A stretch of DNA of 63,892 bases, filler included, from Octopus bimaculoides (Eukaryota): NCBI RefSeq assembly GCF_001194135.2. It is 5 parts of 4 records of this genome, joined end to end, with 100 filler letters (N's around TTAATTAATTAA, not from the genome) between each part and the next. Parts side by side here need not be neighbours in the genome. Positions count along the whole stretch, not along the records: positions 13,886 to 32,431 come from NC_068982.1; positions 32,532 to 56,969 come from NC_068986.1; 3 more parts are not named here. The stretch is one strand, 5' to 3'. The translations under genes and the position numbers were made by a program. Of this stretch, positions 25,378 to 38,303 are shown piece by piece (within the stretch, counting starts at the first letter, position 1; each line of letters opens with the position of its first letter). The notes below the pieces were generated by a model that had not been told where the DNA came from, did no database searches, and saw only the letters and a program-made list of their open reading frames with translations.

Positions 25378-25586
25378 ATTCTGTTATTCTTTTATTCATT
25401 TGACTGCGACCATGCTGGAGCACCGCCTTTAGTAGAAATCTACCACAAGACTTATTCTACGGTGTTTTTCTTTTGCCGAACCGCTAAATGACGGAGACGT
25501 AAACACACCAACATCGGTTACGAAACGATGGTCGGGATACAAAAGCAGACACGCAAGTACAGACACACAAACACACACGCAACACA
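25378..25586 (-). mobile_element. SINE family A 3' half, interrupted by a mariner; remainder at 26891-26935
   Basis: SINE body resumes as cgatgggcttctttcagtttccatctaccaaat immediately after the mariner's other TIR. Confidence 0.8.
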
Positions 25587-25588
25587 TA

Positions 25589-26890
25589 TTGGTGTCATTC
25601 CATACATAATGCAGTTCTTTATAATTCTTTAATTTTTCAAACTTAAGGTAACCAAATTCTGTTTCAGTCTAAAATATACTCCCCCTCATTTTTTACAATG
25701 CACTTCAAACTGTCTGGTAGATTTATAAGCCCCTCTTCCAAAATTCCCTTCTCCGTGACGAAAAATACTCCTCCAGTACTTCTTCTGACCTCGTCTACAG
25801 AATGGATTTTTTCCAAGAAAATGATTTTAAAGTCTGCGGAATAAATGATAATGAGATGGAATAAATGATAACCAATATCCGGCGAATATGGTGGATGGCG
25901 CATCATTTCCCAGTGAAACTGCTCCAGTCTTTGGAATGTCATCCTCGCTCTATGTGGCCGAGTATTATCCTGATGAAACAACACCTTTCCTCTTGAAACC
26001 AGAGATGGTCGTTTTACCTCTAGCGCTCACTTAAGCCGTTCCAGCTGCTCGCAGAAGATCTTTGTTATAGTTTCGTTTGGGTTTGAAAGTTCATCATAGA
26101 GTAAACCATTCATATCCCACCACACAGATAACCACACACACCTTACGTGGGTAAAGTACTTCTTTATCCTGGGATGCCGGTGTTTCTCCTTTCCCTGCCC
26201 ACTGTCTTGGCACTTGAATTTTTTATAGGGAACTCATTCCTCGTCCCAAGTCACTATTCGGCTCAAAAATGGATAATTCGTGGGACGTGGCAGCAAAGAA
26301 GCGCACACATTAATTTTCTGCGCGAGATGAGAAGGGAAATTTTCTGTGGAACCCATTGACTCAATTTACTGACTTTTCCGGTGGCACGCAGGTGTCGATG
26401 AATGGTTGAATAACAAAATCCAAGCTTCTCTGCTAGTTCCTCAAGTTACGCTGGGATTTTGTTCCACCAGGGTTTGCAGGTCAACCTCCTCGAACTATAC
26501 AGATCTTTCAGGACGTGGTTTATCTTCTAGGCTGTTGTCTTCGATCCGTAATTTCTGGAACCATCGTTGACACTGGCTTACGCTTATTGTCCGGTCTCCA
26601 TATAATGCATTGATATTCCTGGCACTTTCCGTTGCGTCGATGCCTTTATTTAACACATAAAACAAAATACGCCGAATATGCCCCTTTGTCGCTTTGAAAA
26701 CAATAGGTTTGGAAACAATAGTTGTTAAAATTAAACTGCACTCTTCAAAACTTGCACTAAGAATAAGTACAAGGTAATATTTCTACCTGCTTTTATAGCA
26801 AGTTGATGCAGGTAGTTTATCCTGTCTCTCTCTCTCCGACTTTTAGTGCATGCAATTGAAAAACACCGCATTCTTTATGGGATGATCCAC
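25589..26890 (-). mobile_element. Full-length (~1.3 kb) decayed mariner transposon
   Basis: Imperfect TIRs (ttggtgtcattccatacataatgc / gcattctttatgggatgatccac) flanked by TA. Transposase pieces ARNINALYGDRTISVSQCQRWFQK, PFLSRIVTWDE, HQDNTRPH, HPPYSPDI/YHLF; frameshifted, third catalytic D deleted. Confidence 0.93.
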
Positions 26891-27215
26891 TACGATGGGC
26901 TTCTTTCAGTTTCCATCTACCAAATCTCCTCACAAGACGGAACGATGTAATAGGGAAGTATGCTTATTATCACACAGCCACTCGAAAAAGAGAGAGAGAG
27001 AGAGAAAGAAAGGAGGTGGGATGGACGGAGAGAGTGAAACAGCAACAGAGAATGATAAGTAGATAAAGATCTGTTTATATATATATATATTTATACACAC
27101 ACACACGCACGCACACATGCGCGCACACACATATATAACACGTCTTTCTAATTCATAATTTAGAATTCTTACCATTGATATGCAAACACTATTGTTTTTC
27201 AAATTCAAGTGCATC

Positions 27216-27270
27216 ACATGCTAGAAGGAGCATTACATGCTAGAAGGAGCATTACATGCTAGAAGGAGCA
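27216..27270. repeat. 19-bp tandem repeat (acatgctagaaggagcatt) x3
   Basis: Direct reading. Confidence 0.95.
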
Positions 27271-27849
27271 GTCAAACCGTCCAAAACCAAAGTTAAGAGC
27301 AATTTCGAAGGAAATGAAAAAATAAAATTTTTTATCATATTGTTACTTAAATTAGCAAATAAAACAAATTCCGCCGTCACCATTTCAATTTTATAGGTTT
27401 CGACAGCCTGTGTACGATACACAACTGTCCTCAACATTTTTTTCTTCTTTAGTCTCTTTTTTTTTGGGGGGGGGCACACAATTTGTATGAGTCTCCCTGA
27501 ACTTCTATCAAATTCCTGCATCTGGTCAACTCCTCCATATCTAACTTGATTAACTTGGTTTCTAGCGGCACTGGCTTCCTCACTGCAGTGACCTTGGTGT
27601 AGATCTCCATACTGGAGACACTACCACTTGTCATAGCTGGGAAAAATGCAGCAGCTCGCATGAAACGTAGCCGTAATAATTCCACAAAAATCACAATTAT
27701 TTACTGAGACAGTTTTCACAAAGTAACACAACAGTATTCACAATAATTTACGATAATTCACAGAGCCGTTATACCGCGAAGCAGTTCGACCGGCGTGCTA
27801 ACGTTTTTACCAGATTGCCGCTTTGCTATTTAGCAATACTGTTCACGTT

Positions 27850-28035
27850 GAAAGGCGGCGAGCTGGCAGAATCGTTAGCACGCCGGCTGAATGCTTCACG
27901 GCACTTAACGTTCTGAGTTCAAATTCCGCCGGGGTCAAATTTTCCTTTCCTCCTTTCGAAGTCAATAGATTAAGTACCAGTGAAACAGCTGATCAATGCA
28001 ATCGACTATACCACCCCTGCCCCAGAATTTAAAGG
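27850..28035 (+). mobile_element. SINE family B
   Basis: aaggcggcgagctggcagaatcgttagcacgccgg...gagttcaaattccgccg...gattaagtaccagt. Confidence 0.88.
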
Positions 28036-29062
28036 CTTTGCTGCCTTCAGTTGAAAAGAATATTGTTCCCGTTCTGTATGTACATAGTTACTCTCATAAT
28101 GTTTGGTGACAAATAACACAGAAAAGCTGATTCAGATTATCCAGAAAAAGAATTCGTATCATCGTTTGCAAATGCATTTTTATGTGGTCGATATTAAGTA
28201 GAGGAGCAATATATCCTTCCACCACTCCAGTTGATATCATTTCATTGCGCAACACATTTGCCTATAGAATTAATTAGCAGTGTCCCTTCGCAATGCTTTA
28301 ATTTTGCTGGAAAAATAAGCGTTCGTTTTATGATCAAGTTAAGAACGTATTTTAATTTCTTCCAAAAAATGTGAAATATATCTATAATAACATTTAAAAT
28401 AATTTCTGAATAGCTATTAAATAAGATGGTGTTAAAAAGCAAAAGATTTAATTTTGATATATTCATTAAGAAATTAAATATCGTGACTTGTAATGACATC
28501 GATTACATCTTATAATTGATGTGTTCTGTAAAATATTAACATTTATTTCAGTAAATTTTGAAGTGATTGCTTTAATTGCATTTTATATAGTTGCAATAAG
28601 AAAAATACTATGAAATTAGAAGTAAAAAACAAAGCATACCCATATCATGGAATTAAAATTTAAAAAGTAATGACTAATAAATAGAAACTTAATGTGTATT
28701 AATCATATACAAACAGGATAAAGACGTATCAATTATAGGTGTTACACAATATTGTTTTTCATCTTTATTAAGTAAAGTATGTGCAACATTATTACAAATT
28801 ACAGATTTGAAAGAAAGTATTCAACACACAGGCGTTTGAAAGATAGACAATACAATTTCAAAATCGCATGAGAGTTTATTTCTAAGTAAATAACCGTATA
28901 GCTGGTTATATAGGATAATTGCAATTGTTTTTGTTTTTAATGAGAAAAAGACGTCGAATAATATCAGGCAGTCTTTGTTTTGTTGTTGTTTTACTCATTA
29001 GCGTGTTGAATGATGATAAATCGTGAACTTAATGAATCGCTGATACTATAATGATTGGCGTG

Positions 29063-29490
29063 AAAGGCGGCGCGCAAGTAGAAATGTTACCATGCCGGGC
29101 GAAATTCATAGCGGTATTTCGTCTGTCTTTTTGTTCTGAGCTCAAATTCCTTATTTCTTTATTGCCCACAAGGGGCTAAACATAGAGGGGATAAACAAGG
29201 ACAGACAAAGGTATTAAGTCCATTACATCGACCCCAGTGCGTAACTGGTACTTAATTCATGAAAGGCAAAGTCGACCTCGGCGGAATTTGAACTCAGAAC
29301 GTAACGGCAGACGAAATGCGGCTAAGCATTTCGCCCGGCGTGCTAACGTTTCTGCCAGCCCGCGGCCTTTCTGAGTTAAAATTCCGCCGAGGTCGATAAA
29401 TTAAGTACCAGTTGCACACTGGGATCAATATAATCGACTGGCCCCCTCCTCCAAGATTTCGAGTATTGTCCTTAGAGTAGAAAAGAATAA
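29063..29490. mobile_element. Nested/inverted SINE family B cluster
   Basis: Plus head 29063-29150, minus copy 29150-29360 with the aataaagaaata tail, plus body 29365-29490. Confidence 0.85.
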
Positions 29491-30067
29491 TGTTTGGCGT
29501 GATTTCATTTAGGCTCTTCACACCTCGACTTTCTTTGAAGGGCAGTTAGATTTCTGCAATCGCAACTTCTAATCATCAAAAATATAAAAAAACGATAACA
29601 ATTTGTCTTATTATTACACTTGATACAGGTTATGAACATAGTCCACGCTATGATATCACCTATAAGTGGTTAAGGTGATCGGTTTCGTACAATTCCATTA
29701 AGGTTTACACTATTATAGTTTCTCCAAGTCAGTTTTTACTTAATCGCTGGGTTTCATTTACGTAAATATACTAACAACTATCTTTTGAAACATTGTGAAA
29801 CAATTACTCACTAACAAGTGTACATAGAAGATGGATTTCTGTGTATAGTAACTATAAAATTAACGCAAGCAGTTTCTGTGCAATATATCTACACTTCAAA
29901 CCACGAGTTTGCAAAGCGACTTTCTTAACCACACATTCCTATGTACATGCCACGAGTTTGCAACTGAAATTTATAAGATATTTTGTAATGTTTTTACAAC
30001 TATACACAATCACTGAACTCAACACGGTTTTTTTTTCCATTCTCTGTTTATTTATTTCTTCTTATTT

Positions 30068-30190
30068 CTTTCTGTAGAAGCGCGTAGGCTCGAATCGTAA
30101 AAGACTTTCCCATTTTCCCGATCGTCAAACTAATACACTTGCTGGCTGTTTGTACACATATCTTCGTCTTTGTTTCTCTACAAATCTGAA
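30068..30190 (+). mobile_element. Dispersed repeat with degenerate hammerhead-like core (family of 1860-1960)
   Basis: ttCTGTAGAagcgcgtaggctcGAATcgt...cgtcaaactaatacactt aligns to the reverse complement of 1880-1951. Confidence 0.6.
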
Positions 30191-30812
30191 CTATATTTGT
30201 GTGTGTGTGTATGTGTGTGTGTGTGTATGTGTGTGTGTGTGTGAGTATGTGTGCGTGTGCGTGTGCGTGTGTGTGTAGGTCCTGCTAGGGTGTAAATGTA
30301 AGGTGTCTCCAGAGAAGCACTGAACTCAAATACTAGGCTATCAACACTGTCGGGTTCTTGAACAATCCCGTAATTCTTTCGTTGTAGAAAATCCTGGTTT
30401 CACAATAGTCATACCGTAATGCGAATTTGGCGAAGAGTGAATCATAATTCAAGTAATAAAAATACAATGAAACTCTTTAACACATCTTTGATGATTCGTT
30501 ACAATTGTTTCCGTACCAACTCCTGCTTGCAACGTCACGTACGAAAAATTTGGAGTGCAAATTTACGTACTTTTTGAGGTTTTAGACATTAGAGTGTCAC
30601 ATCATCAGGTTTGTATCAACGGTACGCTAACACAGTGTGAATATTTCAGACATTCTTTTTTAGCTTACATGGAATAGTGGAAACAAAAAAGTAAATGAGA
30701 GATGAGTAAGTGGGGTAGCGATCATGTGTGTATGTCAGTATGTGTGTGTGTGTGTGGAGGGGGGGGGGCGTCAGTTAACAGGTGATGTATATATATATAT
30801 ATATATATATAC

Positions 30813-31256
30813 AAATATACAAAATAAAAAAATTAGGGTTTAGCAAGTATTGCTTCAGCACACCGAAAATTAGAAATAGGTGCCAAATTGATGCGATATT
30901 CTCTCTCGTCGATGAATACGGAAATGCTGTGGATGGATAACCTTTTGATGTCGCTTGATCGAATTGATTATACTTTTATTAGCATTCTCGGATTTATAAT
31001 TTTGAAATATTACACTGATGAAGGAAATACGATTGTGTAATACCTTGTTAATCCTAAAACGTGTATGTAATTAATCAAAGTCGGGTAGGATTCGTTATTT
31101 GTTTCCTTTTTTTGCCTTAGTGTCTTGCGAATGATGCTATTTTTGGGAGTCGTATGTTTTGGTAGATAAATAGTAAGTTTTGGCTGCTATTTCTAATTTT
31201 CGGTGTGTGGTGAAGCAATACTTGCTAAACCCTATTTTTTTTATTTTGTTTATATT
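30813..31256. mobile_element. Element with ~70-bp terminal inverted repeats, probable Penelope-type pLTR remnant
   Basis: aaaataaaaaaattagggtttagcaagtattgcttcagcacaccgaaaattagaaatag is inverted at 31185-31256; encloses a hammerhead-like motif. Confidence 0.65.
31009..31071 (+). ncRNA. Type I hammerhead-ribozyme-like fold with one core substitution
   Basis: Stem I AUUACA/UGUAAU (6 bp), CUGAUGA, stem II AGGA/UCCU, AAAA in place of GAAA, short stem III CGUG, GUA cleavage triplet (31063-31065). Confidence 0.65.
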
Positions 31257-31334
31257 TACCGATAATGTTTTTTTTACACACCGAACTACTTGGTGAAATT
31301 ACTAATTATCAATTAATTCTTCATTTTTACCCTA

Positions 31335-31373
<39 letters not shown>

Positions 31374-32109
31374 ATAGATATATATATTAATAAATTATAG
31401 GGTGGCAAAGAAAATTTCATATATATATAACTCAAAGACATTCCAACTTTGATTTTCACGTTTTATTTACAATCTTATAATAATATAAGATAAGATAATA
31501 CAATGAAATGACAGAATATTAAGTGTACTTTCTGATTTAACTAGTACTTTCATGCATTAAACTATGCGATTCTCCAGGTTCCTGTAGTAGTGTTAACAGT
31601 TATATTTTACAATTTACAACAGTTGTGAGATGGCATAACTGTGTGCTTTACATACATTTGTATAGGCTCCAGAAATGTTAATTTTTGCAATCTGTTTTCT
31701 GACCAGCGTGTGGTTTTACTAAATTACTTAAGTTGATTAGTGTTCGGTTTTTAGCGTCAACAGACCTGTATTTTGACACTGGCCAAAGCAGTAATTGTTG
31801 GGCTATTTTCAGAAATCTTATACAGAACATTTCCCAGGGATTTTTATATTTCAATTATCATCATCACCGTTATCATCTCATTTATTATTGTTGTTGTCGT
31901 CGTCGTCGTTGTTGTTGTTGGTGGTGGTTTTGGTGGTAGGTTTAGCTGTGGCAATTGAACTTTAAACCCCATAATGAAATTATTTTTACTAACATTTCCC
32001 TTGACGTAGCTAGTATTTTCCTGCTATCATCATAAAGAACACTATAGCATTGTTGCTTTTGTTAGTGGTAGTAGTCGTAGCTGTAGAAATAGTACCTGTA
32101 AGTATGAAT

Positions 32110-32370
32110 ACCATTGTGTATTTCGCTTGGGTTGGAATTTACTAATAAAACTCATTTGTCTGATTTTTCTCTCAAATTCACTTGAACTTAGTAGTTTGTA
32201 GAATGGAGATATTGTAAATGTTTCCCGACCACATGTTGCTAAATGGTTACTCAAAGCTATCTGACGGACATCTGGGTCTCTTATTTGCTGCTGGCGCGCA
32301 CGTGAACGTTCTGATAACCATTGCTTTTCCTGTCTGGCCCACATATGGTAATTCACAATTCAGGCATACC
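32110..32370 (-). mobile_element. Penelope-like element GIY-YIG endonuclease fragment
   Basis: CLNCELPYVGQTG /frameshift/ ERSRARQQQIRDPDVRQIALSNHLATCGRETFTISPFYKL...ERKIRQMSFISKFQPKRN. Confidence 0.88.
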
Positions 32371-32387
32371 AATATATATATAAATTA

Positions 32388-32425
<38 letters not shown>

Positions 32426-32531
32426 ATATATNNNNNNNNNNNNNNNNNNNNNNNNNNNNNNNNNNNNNNNNNNNNTTAATTAATTAANNNNNNNNNNNNN
32501 NNNNNNNNNNNNNNNNNNNNNNNNNNNNNNN

Positions 32532-32584
<53 letters not shown>

Positions 32585-33112
32585 AGTGTAAGCAGAGCTA
32601 GCGGTTATAATTACCGACTAAGGGATAAAATATCCATATATACTATCGGCATCCGTTACCCCTATTATCCCCGGGCATTGGTGTGCAGGAACACCATACA
32701 CGTTGAGTGCAGACAACAACAGGATAAACAAGAGTTTATCAGGAACCAATATAAATAATCAGAAAATGGAGAAAGCCACAGACTAACCAACACATCGATT
32801 GGACCACATTTAGAGCTTATTCTTTAATACAAAGCATGAGAAAACAAAAAGGGAACGTAACATATCTTACGGCCGTGACTGATCCGATTGTCCAAATACA
32901 GTCTATAAATAAATGCGAGAATAAAGTTTTTCATCTTCATGGGGCATTCGAATTAAGGCAACGGATCTTCATCAGAATGAAAAACAAGAGCATATAATAT
33001 AAACAAAAGGAAGAAGGAAAAGGAAAGAAAACATGGCCTTGGTGGTAAATTATATGCTTTTAACATATTGGGCTTCTAGACGTTTTGTCTAAGCCATCTT
33101 TTCTTTCCTTAC

Positions 33113-33484
33113 GGTTACGACGACGTCGAGGGCTCCAGTTGATCCGATCAACGGAACAGCCTGCTCGTGAAATTGAAACGCAAGTGGTTGAGCACTCCAC
33201 AGACACGTGTACCCCTTAACGTAGTTTTCGGGCAGATTCAGCGTGATACAGAGTGTGACAAGGCTGGCCCCTTTGAATTACAGGTACAACAGAAACAGGA
33301 AGAAAGAGTGAGAGAAAGTTGTGGTGAAAGAGTACAGCAGGGTTCGCCACCACCACCTGCCGGAGCCTCATGGAGTTTTAAGTGTGTTCGTTCAATAAAC
33401 ACTCACAACGCCCGGTCTGGAAATCGAAACCCCGATCCCACAACCGCGAGTCCACTGCCCTAACCACTGGGCCATCGCGCCTCC
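33113..33484 (-). mobile_element. Full-length tRNA-derived SINE family C
   Basis: Near-identical inverse copy at 60987-61368; head ggcgcgatggcccagtggttagggcag...gtttcgatttcc. Confidence 0.95.
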
Positions 33485-33600
33485 ATACACACACACACAC
33501 ATACATACACACATACACACACACATATATATGTATGTGTGTGTGTGTGTCTGTATGTATGTATGTATATATATATATATATATGTGTGTATGTATGTAT

Positions 33601-33668
<68 letters not shown>

Positions 33669-34289
33669 GTACATACATACATACATACATACATACATNN
33701 NNNNNNNNACACACACACATAAACGTATAAGCGTGTGTGTGTGGGGGGGGGGGGGTTAGTTACTCGTCTCATCGCATAATTTTCCTAGTCAGAATTTTAA
33801 TGTTCCCTGTTATCGAATGTTAAAACTAAATTAATATTTAGCAGTGATAAAGGCTTTAAACCATGAGTAATATCACGGAACTGACTTCACCAAAGTTGGC
33901 GGATTGCTAATCTTGAGACTTTTCCAGAAATGAGTTGCAGAGAATTATCAGTCGAAGGCAAAGAACTATTTAAAAAACTAACCAAAAAGGAGGAAAAAAA
34001 AACGAATAAGTTTAGTTGAAACGGATAATAATATAAATAGAGATTACAGTGAAGTAAAAGTCATACTGCACAACCCACACTTTGCTGGCAGAACACAATC
34101 ACATCGCTGTGATATTGGCGGCAAATGATTCTCTCAAGGAAGTACTTTAATTACTCATAACAAGAGACAAACCATATCAGTGAGAGATTTCTGAGTCAAA
34201 ACATTCTCTCGAAATATTTTTTCAACTTCGAATGAATTTATTTATAGATTGCATTTGCCTCTTTGCAAACACTCGCTGTCACTGCCCGC

Positions 34290-34455
34290 CGCCTCACCAT
34301 TTTCTCTCTCTCTTTCTTTCTCTCTCTCTTTCTTTCTCTCTCTCTCTGTCCCTCTCTCACTATTTATCTATCTATCTATCTTCCCCCTATCTCTAGCTAT
34401 CTTTCTCTCTTCCTCTGTTTGTCTATCTGTCTGTCACTCTCGCCCCTCTTTCTTC

Positions 34456-34491
<36 letters not shown>

Positions 34492-34541
34492 ACTCCCCCT
34501 CTCTCTCTATCTACCTATCTCTCTTCCACTCTGTCTGTCTG

Positions 34542-34605
<64 letters not shown>

Positions 34606-34720
34606 CCCCTCTCTCTCTATCTACCTATCTCTCTTCCTCTTTGTCTGTCTCTCTGTCTCTATCTATCTATTTATCTATCTATCTATCTTCCCCCTCTCTC
34701 TATCTATCTCGCTCTCTCTC

Positions 34721-34780
<60 letters not shown>
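34290..34780. repeat. Pyrimidine-rich (TC)n/(TCTA)n compound tract
   Basis: Direct reading. Confidence 0.95.
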
Positions 34781-35151
34781 NNNNNNNNNNNNNNNNNNNN
34801 NNNNNNNNNNNNNNNNNNNNNNNNNNNNNNNNNNNNNNNNNNNNNNNNNNNNNNNNNNNNNNNNNNNNNNNNNNNNNNNNNNNNNNNNNNNNNNNNNNNN
34901 NNNNNNNNNNNNNNNNNNNNNNNNNNNNNNNNNNNNNNNNNNNNNNNNNNNNNNNNNNNNNNNNNNNNNNNNNNNNNNNNNNNNNNNNNNNNNNNNNNNN
35001 NNNNNNNNNNNNNNNNNNNNNNNNNNNNNNNNNNNNNNNNNNNNNNNNNNNNNAATAACCTTTGAGACAACCACTCACGTTTCATGTTCGAAGAAAGCTA
35101 TCGCTCTTCATACTCTCATCACATGTGCGTGGGAGTGTATTTAAGTTAGTA

Positions 35152-35356
35152 CAGCAGAACCTCGGTTTTCCAACAACCCTGATGATGAATACATCATACT
35201 TCATCTCCTGTCTTTCTCAAATTCATTTAATACAGTTGCACCTCGGCTTACGTAGGCCTCTGGTCACGAATGAATCGTGCTTTATATATATCTATCTGTA
35301 TACATAAAGCACGATTTATTCGCGATCAGAGGTGTTCGAAAACCGAGGTACTACTG
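35152..35356. mobile_element. Tigger/pogo-type MITE
   Basis: TIRs cagcagaacctcggttttccaac / gttcgaaaaccgaggtactactg, TA on both sides. Confidence 0.85.
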
Positions 35357-35359
35357 TAT

Positions 35360-35645
35360 ATAGTTTTTAAGCAATTGACCCCGAATGGGAAGACCTGCAA
35401 ACAGATCTCTGACTTGTTTTGGAGAATTTGTTTCTATTGCTTCCTCCAGAGTCATATCCCAAGGATGATCAGATTCGTCGCAAAAAATCATGTAAAAAAA
35501 TTCGCCGAAAACAATCGCAGTAATGAAAACATAGGAATCCAAAATTTCAGGATTGTGGGTCCAGATTCGGCCCGGAATGTTTTTAATTTACTTACGGAGA
35601 CAGCCTGATTCCAAAATGGCATGATATGTTCGGCTACGGCCTCTA
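35360..35645 (-). mobile_element. Helitron RepHel-like fragment
   Basis: ESDHPWDMTLEEAIETNSPKQVRDLFA resembles the Helitron segment LE.D..W...L.EA....SP.Q.R.LFA between the Rep and helicase domains (from recall). Confidence 0.55.
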
Positions 35646-36309
35646 GGAGTAAAGTTGAAAAAGTGTGACACACTGACGCACTGACACTCACATTTATGCC
35701 GCATCCACCACATGCCGCATCCACCACATGCCGCATCCACCACAACATTCTTGACTCGTTACTCCCCATCCCATCATCCACTTTCTGTCTACCCCTCGGA
35801 TCCTATCATAATCTCTAAGCCCTTTTATATTTGTTTCAGTGATTTCAAATAGCTTGCTTAATCGGGCTCCAACTTGTTTTTAATGACTTAAAATAGGCGA
35901 AGACTACATCTTTAAGGCCTCAGAAGAAAATTAGAATTTATCTTTGACTAGAGATCTACCTTACCCGAATATTTGTAACACAGGGGACTTCACTATACAC
36001 AAGGACTCTGCAGTCGTATAAAACCTGTTGATGTATCAAGTTAAGCAGCTAGGAAAAAGTTGGGAAACAATCATTTTGTTGAGTTTTGCTCTCGCCATCT
36101 CCCGAATTTCACTGAAAAGTTATTGGTCAACATTGGTCTATAGTGGAAATCACTTGTCCAGTTTAGCGCGCAACATGATCGAACCCCGCACCGTATAGTT
36201 ACGAAGTGAACATCTTAACCACACAACTATATCTTCAACCATTTGAACATCATTCTGATACTCTACGAGCTTACGTCAGTATTGAATGCGAAGTATTTCA
36301 CTGGGCTGG

Positions 36310-36490
36310 CCTCATTTTTGTCTTTCCAACTGCCAAATATATTGTTTTGTATTCGACGTGACATTTGTTTGTCCAACAGCCGAATATATTATCTTCCGCC
36401 TGACCTATTTTTGTCTCTCCTACAACCCACGAGATTGTCTTTCATATAATCTGACACTTGTCCAACTGCCAAATATATAGTCTTCCATCT
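36310..36490. repeat. Degenerate ~45-50-bp repeat with core tccaactgccaaatatat
   Basis: Three clear cores near 36325, 36370 and 36460. Confidence 0.6.
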
Positions 36491-37278
36491 CGCCTCACTC
36501 TTGTCCCTCCAACTACCACTGCTTAGATATAGAGTTGAATTTAACTCAAGTTTCCGTTCATCGACCTTACATCACCATTTGTCAAATTTCTTTACATTCC
36601 GTCACATACCGTCATAAGCCGACCGTCTTTTTTTTATCTGACTGAGCTTTCGATGGAATGTTTATAAAACTGTACGCAAAAGAATCTCTGTATTGTTGCT
36701 CGATCTCCTAGAACTAACAGTTAAGTGTCCTTCAAGTTAACAACCAGCAACTCTCTTGTAAAGTAAATGTAATCCGAATAACCGGAAGTATATATTTCAC
36801 GAGCCAATGAGGGAACCTCTATGCGGTGGCTCGATCCGTAGCAGCCAGGTCTCACCCAAATTAAACCCTAGCGTCCTTTCGATGTTTGTTGCTCCTATTC
36901 AGTGGGTTTGTTGTAGTTGTTGTCGTTGTTGTCTCACCGCTGGGCAGTTTGGACCCTTACAGCCAAAACGTCATTCATGAGCAACGACGACAAAGTCACA
37001 TGTACCATGTTTTCGCTTTTTGTTTTAGGCGCATGTGTAGTCGTACGCATACATAAACACCTTCTCAGACCCGTTTCCTTTGATCCAGCAAGGCATCCAG
37101 TATTCGACTCCTGGAGGCAGAAAGAACTGCTCCAATTGACTGGGACAACCCCCTCAATGTAATATCACCAACTCTGCTCAAGGACACAGTATGCCACCTG
37201 ATCCAGGAACTGAACCCACGACCGCATTATTTTGAGCTGAATACACAAGTGAAAAGATCGCGTACCTCCACAACATTA

Positions 37279-38266
37279 ACTGTGTGGTTAAGAAGCTCGC
37301 TTTGCAATCACGTGCTTCGGTTTCAATCCGACTGCACAGCCCTTTGGCCAAGTATCTTCTGTTACAGCGTCGGGCCGACAAATATCCTGNNNNNNNNNNN
37401 NNNNNNNNNNNNNNNNNNNNNNNNNNNNNNNNNNNNNNNNNNNNNNNNNNNNNNNNNNNNNNNNNNNNNNNNNNNNNNNNNNNNNNNNNNNNNNNNNNNN
37501 NNNNNNNNNNNNNNNNNNNNNNNNNNNNNNNNNNNNNNNNNNNNNNNNNNNNNNNNNNNNNNNNNNNNNNNNNNNNNNNNNNNNNNNNNNNNNNNNNNNN
37601 NNNNNNNNNNNNNNNNNNNNNNNNNNNNNNNNNNNNNNNNNNNNNNNNNNNNNNNNNNNNNNNNNNNNNNNNNNNNNNNNNNNNNNNNNNNNNNNNNNNN
37701 NNNNNNNNNNNNNNNNNNNNNNNNNNNNNNNNNNNNNNNNNNNNNNNNNNNNNNNNNNNNNNNNNNNNNNNNNNNNNNNNNNNNNNNNNNNNNNNNNNNN
37801 NNNNNNNNNNNNNNNNNNNNNNNNNNNNNNNNNNNNNNNNNNNNNNNNNNNNNNNNNNNNNNNNNNNNNNNNNNNNNNNNNNNNNNNNNNNNNNNNNNNN
37901 NNNNNNNNNNNNNNNNNNNNNNNNNNNNNNNNNNNNNNNNNNNNNNNNNNNNNNNNNNNNNNNNNNNNNNNNNNNNNNNNNNNNNNNNNNNNNNNNNNNN
38001 NNNNNNNNNNNNNNNNNNNNNNNNNNNNNNNNNNNNNNNNNNNNNNNNNNNNNNNNNNNNNNNNNNNNNNNNNNNNNNNNNNNNNNNNNNNNNNNNNNNN
38101 NNNNNNNNNNNNNNNNNNNNNNNNNNNNNNNNNNNNNNNNNNNNNNNNNNNNNNNNNNNNNNNNNNNNNNNNNNNNNNNNNNNNNNNNNNNNNNNNNNNN
38201 NNNNNNNNNNNNNNNNNNNNNNNNNNNNNNNNNNNNNNNNNNNNNNNNNNNNNNNNNNNNNNNNNN

Positions 38267-38303
<37 letters not shown>

